Of a stretch of 64,000 nucleotides of DNA, positions 62,437-64,000 are shown in pieces. The stretch comes from a virus. The notes below the pieces were generated by a model that was not told the DNA's origin, made no database searches, and saw only the letters and a list, made by a program, of their open reading frames with translations. The stretch spans positions 1,970 to 65,969 of the IMG/VR virus record IMGVR_UViG_3300038701_001470. The stretch is one strand, 5' to 3'. The translations under genes and the position numbers were made by a program. Every line of letters begins with the position of its first letter. Within the stretch, counting starts at the first letter, position 1.

Positions 62437-62913
62437 TCAAACTGGCTGAACACCGTCCATCGAACGGCACTTCGGACAATAGGTGGGAGCGTCGTAGTGA
62501 GGATCATAGATCAGATCCTCCTGCTTGCCTTCCCATCCACACCGACACTTCACTTCGGAACCATCCCGCGACTCGGGGGAGGGAACCTCGGACTCATCGC
62601 TTCCGGGAGAGCTGGAATCCTCAGCCCCGGGCGTCGGTGAAACAGATGGGCTCGAGGGACTGGACTCTTCGAGCTGAGTCACACCCTTCTTCTCTTCGAG
62701 AGGCGGCTTAGTCTCATCCGGATCCAGCTGAGTAGTCGCTGGAGTCTCGACGGGAGGATCGGCCGGGGGAGTGCTTTCCCCTCCGCTTCCGCTCGTGTCC
62801 CACCCATCGCCGCTTGGAGCTGGCGTCGAAGGACTCGACTCTGGTTTCTCTGTTCCGGGCTTATCGGCTTGCTTGGGTGCAGCCGGTGTCGTGGACTTCT
62901 TTGGTCTGGCCAT
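62437..62913 (-). CDS. Pro/Ser/Glu-rich protein with C-terminal Zn ribbon
   Basis: Disordered 120 aa, then CRCG and CPKC. Confidence 0.65.
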   Translation of the reverse strand: MARPKKSTTPAAPKQADKPGTEKPESSPSTPAPSGDGWDTSGSGGESTPPADPPVETPATTQLDPDETKPPLEEKKGVTQLEESSPSSPSVSPTPGAEDSSSPGSDESEVPSPESRDGSEVKCRCGWEGKQEDLIYDPHYDAPTYCPKCRSMDGVQPV

Positions 62914-63590
62914 GATGATTTATCGCTGAATTCAGGCTTTCCGTCAATCTCTACCGTGAAGCTGCCATCGCTGCGTGACTTGACTACTTTTCCGAGAACG
63001 GTTCCATTTTCGTCCGCTTGTTTGAGGTGTCCCATGCCACCCATGGTGACCATCATCCCCGCTTTGATCGCCATCTTCTCGACCTCCTGTTGTTCCTCGA
63101 TGGAACGTCTAATCAATTTGCCGGCATGAAATCCCCCTCCCAATGCAGCGGAGAGGCTTGCCAATCCAGCCATCGTGTTCCCCGCTTGAGAAGCTTTCTG
63201 AGCAACGGTTCGAGCTGAGGCACCTCCAGCGCCGGGTAGCCACACATGGCGAGGCTTGAGTTTTCTCGATACGGCACATGCAACGGCGACAACCTTCTCT
63301 TCGCTCTCATCAGCCAATATGACTGTTGGGTCACGTCGCATGACTGAAAGGCCATTCTCGCCAACAATCTGTTCCCCAAGCTTCTCGATGACGAACACTC
63401 GTCGAAGCGTGTCCGATGGCAGATAGGATCGAAGTTTGAACGTCGTCGAATCATCCCAGGCAATGTAGTGATCGGCAAAGTCGAACCGAATGGCGGGATT
63501 CTTGAACATGCCTCGGGAAGCGTCCCGCTCGTAGCCACACCGTTTCAGTGCATCGATCGATTTGTCAGAGTATGTCTGTCCAGTCTCCAT
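62679..63590 (-). CDS. hypothetical protein
   Basis: Start moved to ATG 63590; last ~78 codons overlap the next gene. Confidence 0.5.
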   Translation of the reverse strand: METGQTYSDKSIDALKRCGYERDASRGMFKNPAIRFDFADHYIAWDDSTTFKLRSYLPSDTLRRVFVIEKLGEQIVGENGLSVMRRDPTVILADESEEKVVAVACAVSRKLKPRHVWLPGAGGASARTVAQKASQAGNTMAGLASLSAALGGGFHAGKLIRRSIEEQQEVEKMAIKAGMMVTMGGMGHLKQADENGTVLGKVVKSRSDGSFTVEIDGKPEFSDKSSWPDQRSPRHRLHPSKPISPEQRNQSRVLRRQLQAAMGGTRAEAEGKALPRPILPSRLQRLLSWIRMRLSRLSKRRRV

Positions 63591-64000
63591 TTCTTCGTTG
63601 GTAGTAGGTTCGAGTGTGATAGAAAACGCTCGGATCTCGAGACGGTACTCGATCGCAGTGATGATCAGCGAGCCAAATGTCGTCGTTCTTCGGTCGGAAG
63701 TTCCCTTGGCTGTAAAATGCGAACCGATTGCCAGTTCGAGTGTAGAGGTATTTGTGATCGGTCTCGGGTGTCGGAGAGAGTTCGCTTCCTGAGACCATGA
63801 ACAGGCTCGTGAGCTCGTTTTTGAAGAAACCGACTGAATTTTCATCGGGCGTCAGAATGATGATCTCAGTAGATCGGGCCAGTCCGTTGAGGAGATAAGC
63901 CTGCAAGAGCATCTGCACGGTTTTCCCGGTTCGAGGCGATGTGTCCTTCGCATCCCATCGAGGCTTGATTCCACGAACGAGGGCAGAAGCGTAGGCAACG
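63565..64000 (-). CDS. P-loop protein, 5'-truncated by window edge
   Basis: Frame stays open to the window end and reads SPRTGKTVQMLLQAYL...IIILTP. Confidence 0.5.
   Translation of the reverse strand, partial: VAYASALVRGIKPRWDAKDTSPRTGKTVQMLLQAYLLNGLARSTEIIILTPDENSVGFFKNELTSLFMVSGSELSPTPETDHKYLYTRTGNRFAFYSQGNFRPKNDDIWLADHHCDRVPSRDPSVFYHTRTYYQRRNGDWTDIL

Noticed and set aside
1-64000. Prophage integration module, att sites or stop-codon reassignment
   Set aside because: No tyrosine or serine recombinase motifs and no host genes were seen; conserved genes are intact under the standard code with all three stops in use.

Overview
The window is about 64 kb of a tailed dsDNA phage genome with lambda-like head genes and a long tail. 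It is probably circularly permuted. No integrase, reverse transcriptase or CRISPR array was seen. The + strand carries the late genes: terminase (1.2-3.7 kb), then head, tail, glycan-modifying and lysis genes (15.0-44.5 kb). The - strand carries two early modules. One is an 11-kb block wedged between terL and the portal region (AAA ATPase, VWA-metallopeptidase, beta-clamp homologue, DNA methylase). The other is a replication/recombination block at 44.5-64 kb (DnaB, primase, Dam-like methylase, exonuclease, Bet). Most notable observations: (1) two non-canonical tRNA-like RNAs with structured insertions, at 22026-22179 (+) and 56234-56333 (-); (2) a large glycosyltransferase/Stealth/sulfotransferase set interleaved with virion genes and next to extreme Ser-rich proteins, suggesting virion (phospho)glycosylation; (3) basic internal-head proteins built as polyproteins with a repeated [LIVM]-x-[EH]-F linker that also occurs in the portal and protease; (4) a 12-16 bp palindrome (TT)CCTTACGTAAGG(AA) in 10 copies plus one variant; (5) a TTGACA-N13-16-ATG signature at late-gene starts, including a nested scaffold start. 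All family calls come from motif recognition by eye, without database searches. Coordinates of motifs were counted by hand.
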